The notes under the pieces: model-generated
Database searches by the model: none
Seen by the model: only the letters and a program-made list of their open reading frames with translations
What the model was told of the DNA's origin: nothing
Shown here: one piece after another, positions 20,200-30,638 of the stretch
Layout of the letters: each line of letters opens with the position of its first letter
Position numbering within the stretch: the first letter of the stretch is position 1
Translations under genes and position numbers: made by a program
IMG/VR virus record: IMGVR_UViG_3300023214_000389
Length of the DNA stretch: 64,000 nucleotides
Reading direction: 5' to 3' (one strand)
Source: a virus
Taxonomy: Duplodnaviria; Heunggongvirae; Uroviricota; Caudoviricetes

Positions 20200-23048
20200 T
20201 GCCTAAGAGAGCCCTATTAAAATTTAGAAATCCAGACTCCACGAAAGACATCAACGATCGCTTTAGCGGTCTTTTCAACAAAGGTGTGTTTTTGGGGGGA
20301 CAGGTTACCCCAGTACCGGGAGTCCTTCGTGTAGACGTAGCTCCATTTGCTACTGTTGGATCCGACGGGATGTTTGTTCGTGAGGATTCAGAGATAACAA
20401 GATTGGATGTATCTGCCGGAACTAAAAACTACATTGTAATAAGACAAGAATACATCGCAAATGGGGATCCAGTTGTATCTGTTGAATCTTTAACTGAGAT
20501 AGAATTCAATGGTGATGGGGCTCCTGGGTTGCAAGGAGTCAATAACCCATCTCTTATAGTATTCGCTACTGTCAATGTCCCGATGGGGGCTAATTCTGTT
20601 GATTCCTCTCACATTTCGACAGTAGAGCGTAATTCAATTGATACATTAGGTCGTCTTGAGTTCAGAGGTGCAGTTGATGATGAAGTTGACCTCCCAGGAT
20701 CTGGATTAAATGTAAACAGAGAGAACGATTTCTATATAGTAAGAAATGGGCCAAATAACGAGCCAGCACTTTACGCCTGGGATGGTGCAGATTGGTTTAA
20801 TATGACCAATACTGGAGAAGTGCTTACCCTTCTTAACAATCATCAGGCCAACATACTCGAAGACCAAAAACATTTAACCGATATCCAAGCTGACTCTATG
20901 GCTTCCACAACCGGAGACGGTTCAGAAGCTGTTACTACTTCTGAAATTCCATTTTCTCTGCCCTTGGCTGAAGTTCTTATTTCCTACGATTCTCAAATAA
21001 GCGAGTTTGATATAGGAGAAGTTGTTAGTGGAGGTACAAGCAATGCTGAAGGAACAGTAGCATTTGATAGTACATCTGCAATAGGTGATGGTGTTATAGC
21101 TCTAAAAAATGTCACTGGAACCTTTCTAGACGGGGAACAAATTCTATCGGGGATAGATATTAGAGCCACTGTTAACGGGGATCAGATTCAGAATAGAGTG
21201 GTTTCTCAGCAAGACCCAAGAATACCCACACAAGATGAAAATGATGCTCTGTTGGGAAATTTTGTTAACTCCGACAGCCTTGAACCAGAGACACCCAGCG
21301 ATACAAATAGATTCATATCTTCTTCAAAGATATTCGCAGCTCCCACAGAAATCTCTTTCCCAACAGCTCCCGCCAATATAGAGCTTGATGACACCGCAGG
21401 TCCTTATTTTGTAGGAAATGGGGCACAAGGGACAGCGCAGAGGTGGTTTAATCTGTATTCTTCTGATGTTTCTGAAGATTCTGAATACATAAATTCTGAA
21501 TTTGGGCAGGTTATAATTACTCGTGTTTTAACTGGACCCAAAGGAGGGCCGCCCAGCGCAAACGAATTAAACCCATCTACAGATGGTAATGTAGATGCTC
21601 TAGGTTTTTACAATTCCTCTCCATCTACAAGTTTATTCCTTGAAACAGATGAACCTGTTGATACAGCATTTAGAGTTTCATATGGAAAAAGGACTAGACT
21701 TGGAGATCTGCTGCCAGAATTACTCATGTCTAGAGGTCCTGATGGTGGTCAAATAGATACTAAGCTAGCTAGACTTTTGCTTGGAACTCCAAATGCCATG
21801 TTTGGGGAATCTATCTTTGATGCTTCTATCTCCCCCGGAGAAGTTGTAGCTTGGAATGGATCTCAATTTGTTCTAGCTGACCCAAATATAGGGTTGACTC
21901 CGATCGGAGTTAGAGGAAATTACAACAATTTAATCCAAGAAGGTCTATTTGTTTCTACTAACCCCGGAGCCTTTAGCCCGGGGCCACTTTATGCCGACAA
22001 AACCAACCTTGGTCAATTGACCACAACCCCTAATGAATGGTTTATAGGGGTTGCTATCTCACAAACAAGCTTGCTGGTTAACATGAACTCTATCCCTCTT
22101 CAAGCAAGTGGGGCAGTTGTTACGCCGGTAGCTTTTCCTTCAAGTATGTTCGATCCTACTTTGCAGCCTGGAAGAACTGTTTCCTACAATAGTGCAAACA
22201 TGAGATTCGAGTTTGCAGATCCGGATGATCCATCAAGAATTCCTCTCGGTATTAGAGGAAACAACAATAACGTCATACAAAGTGGAGTTTATGTTTCTTC
22301 ATCAGGAAATCCATTTACTCCCGGAACTAGATACTATTTTGGGCGCAGTTCCGAAGCAACTGCCGGAGTATTCACAACAGTTGAAAATGATTGGCCTCTC
22401 GGGGTCGCTATTGCTACAAATCAATTGCTAGTAAATTCCACAAACTTCCCCATCCCGTCAAAATGGGATTCTGAGCACGATCCCGATTCTGGGTTTCACA
22501 CGTTCGCTTCAGGTAATCAAGCCGCCCGAGACGGAATTTCTGGACCACAGGAAGGGCAAATCTTCATTAGAACAGATACCAATCCTCCTAGAATTGATTA
22601 TTACAACGGAGCAGCATGGGAAGAAGCAACATCAGATAGAATAGATGTACCATCTGGAACCAAAATGATGTTTGTTCAAAATTTTGTCCCCACAGGTTGG
22701 ACACTAGATGCTACTTTGAACGATAGGGCTGTAATGATAACCAATGTAGAAGCGTCAGGTGGTAACACTGGCGGACAATGGATTATTACAGGTCTAACTG
22801 GTGATCCCCATGCCCTTACAATAAATCAGATGCCAGAGCACAACCATCCTATCATTGGTGGAGGTGGAGGAGAATTCAATTTCCCGTATAACACAAGCAA
22901 TGTAGGTCCAACTACTGGTTTAGTCCCGTCAGATTTAGGGAGGCCCACTGAAAACGAAGGCGGCGGAGAATCCCATTCACACGGGGTAACCAGTGATGGT
23001 ACTTGGAGACCAAGTTTTGTCAATGTAATTGTATGCATTAAAAACTAA
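20199..23048 (+). CDS. tail fiber protein (paralog B) with C-terminal phage tail-collar / gp12-like receptor-binding domain
   Basis: 949 aa; N-terminus paralogous to upstream gene; C-terminus 'MMFVQNFVPTGW...INQMPEHNHPI...GGGESHSHG' matches tail collar domain with HxH metal site as in T4 gp12. Confidence 0.55.
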   Translation: MPKRALLKFRNPDSTKDINDRFSGLFNKGVFLGGQVTPVPGVLRVDVAPFATVGSDGMFVREDSEITRLDVSAGTKNYIVIRQEYIANGDPVVSVESLTEIEFNGDGAPGLQGVNNPSLIVFATVNVPMGANSVDSSHISTVERNSIDTLGRLEFRGAVDDEVDLPGSGLNVNRENDFYIVRNGPNNEPALYAWDGADWFNMTNTGEVLTLLNNHQANILEDQKHLTDIQADSMASTTGDGSEAVTTSEIPFSLPLAEVLISYDSQISEFDIGEVVSGGTSNAEGTVAFDSTSAIGDGVIALKNVTGTFLDGEQILSGIDIRATVNGDQIQNRVVSQQDPRIPTQDENDALLGNFVNSDSLEPETPSDTNRFISSSKIFAAPTEISFPTAPANIELDDTAGPYFVGNGAQGTAQRWFNLYSSDVSEDSEYINSEFGQVIITRVLTGPKGGPPSANELNPSTDGNVDALGFYNSSPSTSLFLETDEPVDTAFRVSYGKRTRLGDLLPELLMSRGPDGGQIDTKLARLLLGTPNAMFGESIFDASISPGEVVAWNGSQFVLADPNIGLTPIGVRGNYNNLIQEGLFVSTNPGAFSPGPLYADKTNLGQLTTTPNEWFIGVAISQTSLLVNMNSIPLQASGAVVTPVAFPSSMFDPTLQPGRTVSYNSANMRFEFADPDDPSRIPLGIRGNNNNVIQSGVYVSSSGNPFTPGTRYYFGRSSEATAGVFTTVENDWPLGVAIATNQLLVNSTNFPIPSKWDSEHDPDSGFHTFASGNQAARDGISGPQEGQIFIRTDTNPPRIDYYNGAAWEEATSDRIDVPSGTKMMFVQNFVPTGWTLDATLNDRAVMITNVEASGGNTGGQWIITGLTGDPHALTINQMPEHNHPIIGGGGGEFNFPYNTSNVGPTTGLVPSDLGRPTENEGGGESHSHGVTSDGTWRPSFVNVIVCIKN

Positions 23049-23065
23049 TACACGGATTAATATTA

Positions 23066-23398
23066 ATGGCTGAAAAATACAAAAATGCTTGGAAATGTCA
23101 CAAATGTCCTAGGTCTAACGATGAGAACGGATGCCCGGCTTGGAATGAAATCGTGATGACCGAAACCTCTACGGGGGAGCAAAAAATAGTCAAAGGATGC
23201 CACTTTCAACTTATGCCGTGGATAATGACCGAAGCAATAAAAGCAACGACAGTGGCAACAGGAACTGCTTCAGACATCAAAAATGAAATAGCTAGGGGTT
23301 ACTCTTTAATAGCTAAGGTGATACCCGGGTTTGTAAAAGCTGTAGCAGAAGATGTCGAAAAAGATTCTAAGCTGATAACACCGGGAGAAGATGAATAA
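23066..23398 (+). CDS. small Cys-rich protein (possible Zn-binding), function unknown
   Basis: 110 aa; 'CHKCP...GCPAW...GCHF' cysteine/histidine cluster; follows fiber genes. Confidence 0.3.
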   Translation: MAEKYKNAWKCHKCPRSNDENGCPAWNEIVMTETSTGEQKIVKGCHFQLMPWIMTEAIKATTVATGTASDIKNEIARGYSLIAKVIPGFVKAVAEDVEKDSKLITPGEDE

Positions 23399-24537
23399 TG
23401 GGTTACTTACCTCCTGATTCAGATGTTCCTGTAGCGCAATTAACTAAAGCAGGAAGAAGCCTTTTAGCTCGATCTATAGTTCCTAGATCTCAGCTTACTG
23501 GGTCAGAACCTGATCGTTCTTTGGTTACATTTCGTCTATCGGGGTTTGCCTTTGGTGATGGTGGCTACAGTCTAAGTTTACCGTTGGACGTAAACCCTAT
23601 CAATGACACTACAGAACAAGCAAAAGCAACAGTTGCTGTACTAGATAATAGATTCGACGTAAATGATTCCTTAGTTATTAACGGTGTACCGTTTCCGGCA
23701 GGCATAGAAATTATAGCTTCTGGCGCAGCCAATGGTGGGACGGAGGCAGGTGGCCCTAATGGCGGTGGAACCCTTACAATATCTTCCGGATCCTTGGGTA
23801 TTAATTCTTTCGTAGGGTCTAGGTTAAGGCTAACAGGGGGAACTCTTGCTGGGCTAGATGAAGTAATTATATCTAATGATAGTAACTCTTTCGAGATAGG
23901 AATTCCCCCCAACACAGGAAAAACTTGGACCCAGGCTGGTGGAGGGGGAGCAACACCAGACATTACAACGCAGTGGCAGGTTATCACCAATAGCCCTGGT
24001 GGAGTAACTTGGGTTCCAGGCGAAAATGAAGAAGAAACAGCTCAAAATATAGCTGACGCAATAAATGCTTCAACTAATCCGTTGGTACAGAATGTCGTAA
24101 GGGCAACGGTAGAAAACGCTATAATTACTGTCTCTGCGGTCGCTTCCGGAGATTTAGGTAATTTGAACACTTTGGTTGAATTCGATGAAGGAGGTTTAGC
24201 TGTAAATAATTTTGGAATTATTCCGGGAACAGGATTTTTAGATGGAGGGGCTAATCCAAATCTCGAAAACCCGGTATTTCCACCTGCTGCCCCTGGAACT
24301 ATAGAAGATTTCTTAGATATAGAATTCCCTAACCCTCAAGCTACTTCTCTTGTATGTAGGGCAGGGCAATCTGAAGGAAATTTTGGTCTTGGAGAGGTTG
24401 GTATTTACGTCGATATAATTGATTCTGTAAACCCACAGGAAATAGGTAAACGAATATTGTACGCTATAGGGCATTTTCCAATAGTGTCAAAAAACTCTAA
24501 AAGTGTATTCGTAACGAGGGTTATTACTCAATACTAA
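23398..24537 (+). CDS. hypothetical Gly-rich structural protein
   Basis: 379-aa ORF, ATGA overlap with upstream gene. Confidence 0.3.
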   Translation: MGYLPPDSDVPVAQLTKAGRSLLARSIVPRSQLTGSEPDRSLVTFRLSGFAFGDGGYSLSLPLDVNPINDTTEQAKATVAVLDNRFDVNDSLVINGVPFPAGIEIIASGAANGGTEAGGPNGGGTLTISSGSLGINSFVGSRLRLTGGTLAGLDEVIISNDSNSFEIGIPPNTGKTWTQAGGGGATPDITTQWQVITNSPGGVTWVPGENEEETAQNIADAINASTNPLVQNVVRATVENAIITVSAVASGDLGNLNTLVEFDEGGLAVNNFGIIPGTGFLDGGANPNLENPVFPPAAPGTIEDFLDIEFPNPQATSLVCRAGQSEGNFGLGEVGIYVDIIDSVNPQEIGKRILYAIGHFPIVSKNSKSVFVTRVITQY

Positions 24538-25007
24538 TGGATATTACCACGATACTTTCAGATCTTCTTGTTATTGCGGATTCTCTTGAGCGAGAGGGAT
24601 TTAAAGATGTAAGTGCAGATATAGATGCTGCATTATTTATCATGTCACAAGAAACTTCTTTGCCTCAAAATAAATCCTTGTCTTCAGTAGTGAAAGAAAA
24701 TAAAGCCTCTCTAGAAAACGAAACAGATGAACAGCTTGAGAAGATAGCAATAAAATCAGCTATAGAAATTAAAAGCCTAATGGAATCCGTACTACAACTA
24801 GATTCTGTAACAATGGCTGCTATCTTAAAAAGTGCATCCCAAAGCATCAGGTCAGTGCTAGACCCAAATGGAGCGTTATCTCCAGAGGTAATAAAAGCTA
24901 GTGTTGAACTTCTTTCGGAAGCAGAAAAAAAATTACTTCAAAACGACGAATTAAATGGAGCTGGTTATCGAATTGAAATGATTCGAGGCCAAATAGAAAA
25001 TGGCTAG
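24537..25007 (+). CDS. hypothetical protein
   Basis: 156-aa ORF. Confidence 0.3.
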   Translation: MDITTILSDLLVIADSLEREGFKDVSADIDAALFIMSQETSLPQNKSLSSVVKENKASLENETDEQLEKIAIKSAIEIKSLMESVLQLDSVTMAAILKSASQSIRSVLDPNGALSPEVIKASVELLSEAEKKLLQNDELNGAGYRIEMIRGQIENG

Positions 25008-26424
25008 AGGTCGTCTCACAAGATATCAACAGTTAGTTAGCGGTATTACTCCACACCATACGAATGTGGTAGTACAGCCAAGAGGGTTTCCTATATTCTC
25101 GGATCCTCTTTTGAAAGGGCAAGTTAGGTTTGCTAGAAAAACAGGAGCAGATTTTGCTCTTATCAATCCCGATAACGAAATCCTTTTATCGGCTTCTGCT
25201 CCTAAAAACACGCAAATTCTACAGTTAGACAGACCTAACAGGTGGATTGAGCTTGGAGCTATACTTTCCATAGGACCAGACGAAGAATTTGCAAAAATAA
25301 AAGATTTTAGCAATTCTACAATAACTTTGACTAAACCCCTTACTGGAAATTTTACTGCTGAGAATAGAGTTCATTTGCTCGCTACCCCAATAGAACCTGG
25401 GCAGGACGTATCGGAAGGTTCTTCTACATTTGTAGTCAGAAGCAGATACCACATACTTGCTGGTGACAGGATTTCTATCGAAACAACACCAGGGCTTCTA
25501 ACTAGCTTACTTGATTTTAAAGTATCTAAGTCAAGGTTGTTAGATATAGTAGAAGGTTTTTCTCCATTTAGTCAATTTTTTGAAATCGAGCTGGAAACCC
25601 CCGTAACAATCGACTTGGTAGAGGGTGGTGCAAATCTATATCTTAAGGCACAACCCAGTTATTTAAGCAATCAAATATTTATTCCACAAGTTCCTGGCCA
25701 ACCTGACGATATAGGTCCGTTTTTATTAGATTACGTATCGGGGGTACTTTTTGATCGTCCTAAGGTAGAAGAACAACTTTCAATAGAGGTTTTTGATAAA
25801 TTAGGCAACTCAATTGTTAACGATGGGGGTTTTCCTTCAAAAATATCTAAAAATTTTCCTATTTCTGAAATGCCTATTATGGCTGATTCTATTGTTCTAT
25901 GGCAGGTTGCTGATGGATCCATGACGTTTAGTAAACGAGGAACCACTCAAGAAATTTTAGCAATTTCTATATGTGATTCTAATGGTCAATTTCAGACGAC
26001 TCAAGAAGTTGTTCCGTTTTTACCTCCGGGAACGGAATGGAATGTTCCAGTAGTGTCTACCACACCTTGTACTGTAAAGGTAACATTTGTACCAAACAAA
26101 TCACGAGAGTTTCAATTAGCTGCTAGGTCTCCAAGACAAATTCGTATAGGTACGGAACCTGATGAGCTTCCTACAGAGAGAATTGAAATAATAGTTATTG
26201 GAACTTCGGAAACTGAGGTTGAATTTGGCAATTGGATTCCTACCCAAAATCAAGCTTTCTCTATGGTATACGGCTTAACAGCTAATGTTTTTGGTGACGC
26301 CCAATGGCAAGCTACAAATACCTTTCAAAAGCCTTATTTTTTAAATTTTGCTATGGGCTTGAAAGGAAGATTCGACTCTAACAGAACACCAAACCGCTTT
26401 GATGGCGGAATGCTTTATCTTTAA
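25000..26424 (+). CDS. hypothetical structural protein
   Basis: 474-aa ORF in structural array. Confidence 0.3.
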   Translation: MARGRLTRYQQLVSGITPHHTNVVVQPRGFPIFSDPLLKGQVRFARKTGADFALINPDNEILLSASAPKNTQILQLDRPNRWIELGAILSIGPDEEFAKIKDFSNSTITLTKPLTGNFTAENRVHLLATPIEPGQDVSEGSSTFVVRSRYHILAGDRISIETTPGLLTSLLDFKVSKSRLLDIVEGFSPFSQFFEIELETPVTIDLVEGGANLYLKAQPSYLSNQIFIPQVPGQPDDIGPFLLDYVSGVLFDRPKVEEQLSIEVFDKLGNSIVNDGGFPSKISKNFPISEMPIMADSIVLWQVADGSMTFSKRGTTQEILAISICDSNGQFQTTQEVVPFLPPGTEWNVPVVSTTPCTVKVTFVPNKSREFQLAARSPRQIRIGTEPDELPTERIEIIVIGTSETEVEFGNWIPTQNQAFSMVYGLTANVFGDAQWQATNTFQKPYFLNFAMGLKGRFDSNRTPNRFDGGMLYL

Positions 26425-26438
26425 GGTAGGACAGAATT

Positions 26439-29400
26439 ATGACAGAAAGACTTCCTGGCGTAAACTATCAAGCTCCATTAGCCACTGACGATCTGGAATT
26501 CCAGCAAAACAGCAATGGTGAGGAGATACAAGAGAGAACTCGTCTTATTATGTCGGGGTCCTTTGGTATTGTAGACTCTGCAAATCCAAGAGATGTAGCT
26601 ACTACAGATCTTAGCCGCCCGTTAAATGTTCTCCCATCCACCGACCCGTTAAGGGTAGATATTACACCCGGAACTGCTGTTACCGAAAACGGTAACTGGG
26701 TTAGTCTGGATAGCAAAATATTCCTGCTAAGTCTAGCTTCCACTGTCGTCGGGGCAGTAAATGTAGTTTACATAGAATACTTTCTAGAACCAGGGACTGA
26801 CAGAAGAATAAACAAGTTCAATGTAGATGTGGCTGTAAGACAGCAAAGGCCAGAAGACAATGACTCTGTAATTGGTGTTTCTACCTTAACCAATTTCCTT
26901 GATACATCCCAGTTCCCACCTAGTCGAAGAAAAGATATAGTTGTTTTAGGGGTTGTTACAGTTAATCAGCTCGCTGATTCTACTTTAGATATCACTATTG
27001 ACTTGGGTGATAATAACTTTAGCTTTAATAGGCCGTGGTTCAGCCCAGTTGATATTGAACACAGAAATATGACAGGAACGGCTACTCCAACGGATACGAA
27101 TCCTCATGGAACTAGCCTTAACGATCTAGCCGCTGCGCAACTAACTCTATATCAACAAGAAGTTTCTCATGGTATAGTTCTATCAAAAGATGTAAGTATT
27201 CCAAAAGCCCCAGGCATAAAAATAATTGAAGTTATTCAAGCTGCTAGTTTTCAAGTAGATGGGGATGGATCTATTACAGGTCGAGATTACTTATATGGTG
27301 GCTCCGGAGCCCAATGGGCAAATCTACAACACTTTCCAATCAGCCTAGGAAGTGTGTATGAGACAGGAAAGCCAGCTATCCAATTAGCGGCAAGTTTTAT
27401 CCAAGATGACAATATTATTGTAATACCTGAAAATGAACCCATTCCTGATGCTGGTGTTACTATAGAATATTTGTACGTTCAAGCAGGAGAAGCCCCAGTA
27501 GACCCAGCTACAAATGACTTAACTTTCACACAACCTGCTGAATCTGAGCTAATCATAGCTGATGGAATCGCAGTTTCGGAAATACCTACACCTCTCATAT
27601 CTTTTGACGGTTCTGGGCCTATACCAAGAGATTTTAGAGTTCTTATCGATTCTGACGGTGATCTTATTTCCACTCCTCAAATCTTACTACCTGCTATTAA
27701 ACTGGATGCTATTGGGTTAAACGTACCTCAAACAATTACTAGAGGTATGATGGGAGACGCGCCCATAGAAATAGGCATGACTAGAGCTGCTAATGTTTCT
27801 GGTATGCAGGTAGAAATATTAATTTCTGGAACTGGCACTGATGATCTCCCATTATCTGAGACCCTGACTTTTGAATTTGGAATTTACCAAGACTCAGCTA
27901 TTCCTGCCTCAGAAGAAGAACAGGATCAATTTGTTAGATCTTCTAGCTTGTTTAGAACGTTAGAGAGTGTCACGATACTTAATCGTGTTAATGATGGAAA
28001 TGATTCTACAATTATAGTATATGCTGATCAAGAAGCTGCCATTACAGATACTTTCAAAGAAAAATGCCCATTAGCCGATGTATTTTGGGACGGATTGGCA
28101 GTTGATTTTGTACTAGATGCTAGACCTGTTTCTTCGGAGCTTAGATTGCCGAAAACACCGATTTTTAATGGTGTGGGCGGGATGTTTCTCGGGGCACGAC
28201 CATGGGTGTATGAAGATCTAAGAGGACCAAGATATATAGATTCCTTCGAGGGTGATGAAAATGCTAACCCAGCAGAAGGATCTATTATCATAAATGATAA
28301 CTCCCTAATAGCAGACGGGGATACAATAGATTTAGGTAGTGGAAAAGTTTTAACTGCTATGGCCCCCGTCCAAGCAACGGGAATATTGTCGGCTCTTAAT
28401 TTCGGAATAAACATTTCTGTGGGTTTCAATACATTCACAGTTAACGAGGGGCCCTCAGGAGGTGGTGTAATAAATGTTAACATCTCAAATGGGGTAAAAA
28501 CGCCTCAACAAATTGCTATACAGTTAGCTTCAGCGCTAACAGCCTCTTCAGGAGCTGGGTTAACTTATAATGGAAATGCAACTCCAAACAGAGAAATTAC
28601 AATTTCTGCTACCGGGAATTTCAATATAGTGTCCAGCCCTTTGGGTGGGGTAATAGGATTGAACGGTGGCTCGGGAACTAACGCCTATACCGGTTCTTCC
28701 AATACAGGATTGGCTGATGGTGACCTATTTACTTTAAATGATGGAACAAATGAAGTAACTTTTGAATTCGACACGGGAAGCGGCCTAAATAACGGATCTC
28801 ATGTACCGATAATACCCGCTGGCGGCGATTTAGCTCTTTCCGGGGCCGTTCAAACAGCCATGGTTAATGCTATAAACGGGGCACCTATAGACATAACTGC
28901 TAGCGCAGGTACAGGAGCCAACGTAAATCTAGTGAACGATACTCCCGGATCCCAAGGTAACGAACCCATAATTGAATCTATTAGCACAGGGTCAACTTTA
29001 AACCCTAACGGGATGTCAAATGGATCGGATGGTGGAGCTGATGTATCTATAGGGGAGTTCAATCTTGGCTTAAGTGCTGATGCAGATACAACAGTTGACA
29101 ACATTATTGCAACCCTAGCCGACCCTACATTCGATTCTGGGATAGCAGGAACATCAACTGAGATAAATAGTTTACCTGCTGTTCAATTGGTTAAAAACGA
29201 TCCCGGTTTAAGCAATGATCAGATAATAGGTACATTTTTCAATTCTCCTGATCCTGTCACATTGGATGGTTTTTCAAAAGGTACCAACAGATACAGAGGT
29301 GTGTCTCCTGATTCCTTTGCTGAGGGTCTTAGAACTAGAATACCAGAAATCGGTACAGATTTGGACAGCATAAGAAAGAAGTATAGATCTAGAGCTGTGG

Positions 29401-30008
29401 CTAAGCCAATAAGTTTTGTAGATCCTGTGCAAAAGGCATCTGTCATTCTTCATAATCCCGGTAACGTTAGTGCTTTTTCAGTGCGTGTACGTGCTGCTTT
29501 TGAATCTAACCCAGGAAATTGGCAAGGCTATGATTTCATGCCTCTGATAGAAGCTAACCCTAGCTTCATTAGGTTTGAAAAAGATTTCGGATCAAATGTG
29601 CAAAAAGTTCAACTTGAAATGTTTGGAAAGTTTTCGGATTTTGCACTTATAGATGTAACTGATGTTGGGGTTGTAGGGATAGGTCCTACTGGACCTACTG
29701 GTCCTATAGCCCCCGCTGGGGCTACTGGTCCTGCTGGGGCTACTGGTCCTGCTGGAACCGACGGCACGGAAGGAGCTACTGGCGCAACCGGCCCTTCCGC
29801 CGATATCTTCGAGAGTGCTATTATTTCGTCTCAATCTACATGGACTGTTAACCACAACCTCAATACAGATGCAGTTGTTTGGGCTATATATGATAACAAC
29901 AATAATGCTATCATACCTTCTAATGTCGAAATATTGAGTGCAAACACCATAGAAATTACATGGGCTACACCCACTACAGGCAAAGTGGTAGTAGTAGGAG
30001 TTAGCTAA
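26439..30008 (+). CDS. large fiber-like protein with collagen-like Gly-X-Y segment
   Basis: 1189 aa; 'GPTGPTGPIAPAGATGPAGATGPAGTDGTEGATGATGPS' collagen-like repeat near C-terminus followed by a ~70-aa terminal domain. Confidence 0.45.
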   Translation: MTERLPGVNYQAPLATDDLEFQQNSNGEEIQERTRLIMSGSFGIVDSANPRDVATTDLSRPLNVLPSTDPLRVDITPGTAVTENGNWVSLDSKIFLLSLASTVVGAVNVVYIEYFLEPGTDRRINKFNVDVAVRQQRPEDNDSVIGVSTLTNFLDTSQFPPSRRKDIVVLGVVTVNQLADSTLDITIDLGDNNFSFNRPWFSPVDIEHRNMTGTATPTDTNPHGTSLNDLAAAQLTLYQQEVSHGIVLSKDVSIPKAPGIKIIEVIQAASFQVDGDGSITGRDYLYGGSGAQWANLQHFPISLGSVYETGKPAIQLAASFIQDDNIIVIPENEPIPDAGVTIEYLYVQAGEAPVDPATNDLTFTQPAESELIIADGIAVSEIPTPLISFDGSGPIPRDFRVLIDSDGDLISTPQILLPAIKLDAIGLNVPQTITRGMMGDAPIEIGMTRAANVSGMQVEILISGTGTDDLPLSETLTFEFGIYQDSAIPASEEEQDQFVRSSSLFRTLESVTILNRVNDGNDSTIIVYADQEAAITDTFKEKCPLADVFWDGLAVDFVLDARPVSSELRLPKTPIFNGVGGMFLGARPWVYEDLRGPRYIDSFEGDENANPAEGSIIINDNSLIADGDTIDLGSGKVLTAMAPVQATGILSALNFGINISVGFNTFTVNEGPSGGGVINVNISNGVKTPQQIAIQLASALTASSGAGLTYNGNATPNREITISATGNFNIVSSPLGGVIGLNGGSGTNAYTGSSNTGLADGDLFTLNDGTNEVTFEFDTGSGLNNGSHVPIIPAGGDLALSGAVQTAMVNAINGAPIDITASAGTGANVNLVNDTPGSQGNEPIIESISTGSTLNPNGMSNGSDGGADVSIGEFNLGLSADADTTVDNIIATLADPTFDSGIAGTSTEINSLPAVQLVKNDPGLSNDQIIGTFFNSPDPVTLDGFSKGTNRYRGVSPDSFAEGLRTRIPEIGTDLDSIRKKYRSRAVAKPISFVDPVQKASVILHNPGNVSAFSVRVRAAFESNPGNWQGYDFMPLIEANPSFIRFEKDFGSNVQKVQLEMFGKFSDFALIDVTDVGVVGIGPTGPTGPIAPAGATGPAGATGPAGTDGTEGATGATGPSADIFESAIISSQSTWTVNHNLNTDAVVWAIYDNNNNAIIPSNVEILSANTIEITWATPTTGKVVVVGVS

Positions 30009-30634
30009 TGAGACACGATAATCCTGAGTTTCAAATAGGCCCTGGTGCTGCACCGGGATTTCCACTAAGGGGGAGGGTTCTTCTACAAGAAGAAATCGTT
30101 TTATCGGCACAGGGAGATGTTGTTCTGGACCTTATAGAGAACGTTCCGGGATCTGACCCAATTCGGCAATTCAAGAGATATGTAGTTGAAATAGAGGATT
30201 GGGCACCAACAAACGATCAAGTAGCCCCGGCTTATCAACTAGGTATTAATGGTGCGATACGGGCAGGTTCTAGCGATTATCAATATAACGTAAGTGTTTT
30301 TCCCTCTAATACTGGTATTAGCAATGATTTTGCCGATATTGATGAACATATACGTATGACTAGGGATGATGGTACAGTGACAGCGGGAAATGAGGCTGAT
30401 GAAGCTTTCGATTTCACAGTAACTTTGATTCCTGGCGAGGACGCTAATACTCTCCCTAAGTCATGGTTTCAGGGAGCTGGCATAAACGACAGCAACAGGT
30501 TAATGGGAGTTTGGGGAGCTGGAGCCTATAGGGGCGTAACTGCTCTAGAATATGGAAGAGCCGATCAAATTAGGTTTTTCTTCGAATCCAACACAATTGC
30601 AAGAGGAATTTTCCGACTATACGGAACGGAGTAG
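30008..30634 (+). CDS. hypothetical protein
   Basis: 208-aa ORF, TAATG overlap with upstream gene. Confidence 0.3.
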   Translation: MRHDNPEFQIGPGAAPGFPLRGRVLLQEEIVLSAQGDVVLDLIENVPGSDPIRQFKRYVVEIEDWAPTNDQVAPAYQLGINGAIRAGSSDYQYNVSVFPSNTGISNDFADIDEHIRMTRDDGTVTAGNEADEAFDFTVTLIPGEDANTLPKSWFQGAGINDSNRLMGVWGAGAYRGVTALEYGRADQIRFFFESNTIARGIFRLYGTE

Positions 30635-30638
30635 CATT

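Noticed and set aside
30552-30638. ORF-track start of the 336-aa ORF at 30552
   Set aside because: Creates an 83-nt overlap with the upstream gene; ATG 30639 with GGAG upstream avoids it
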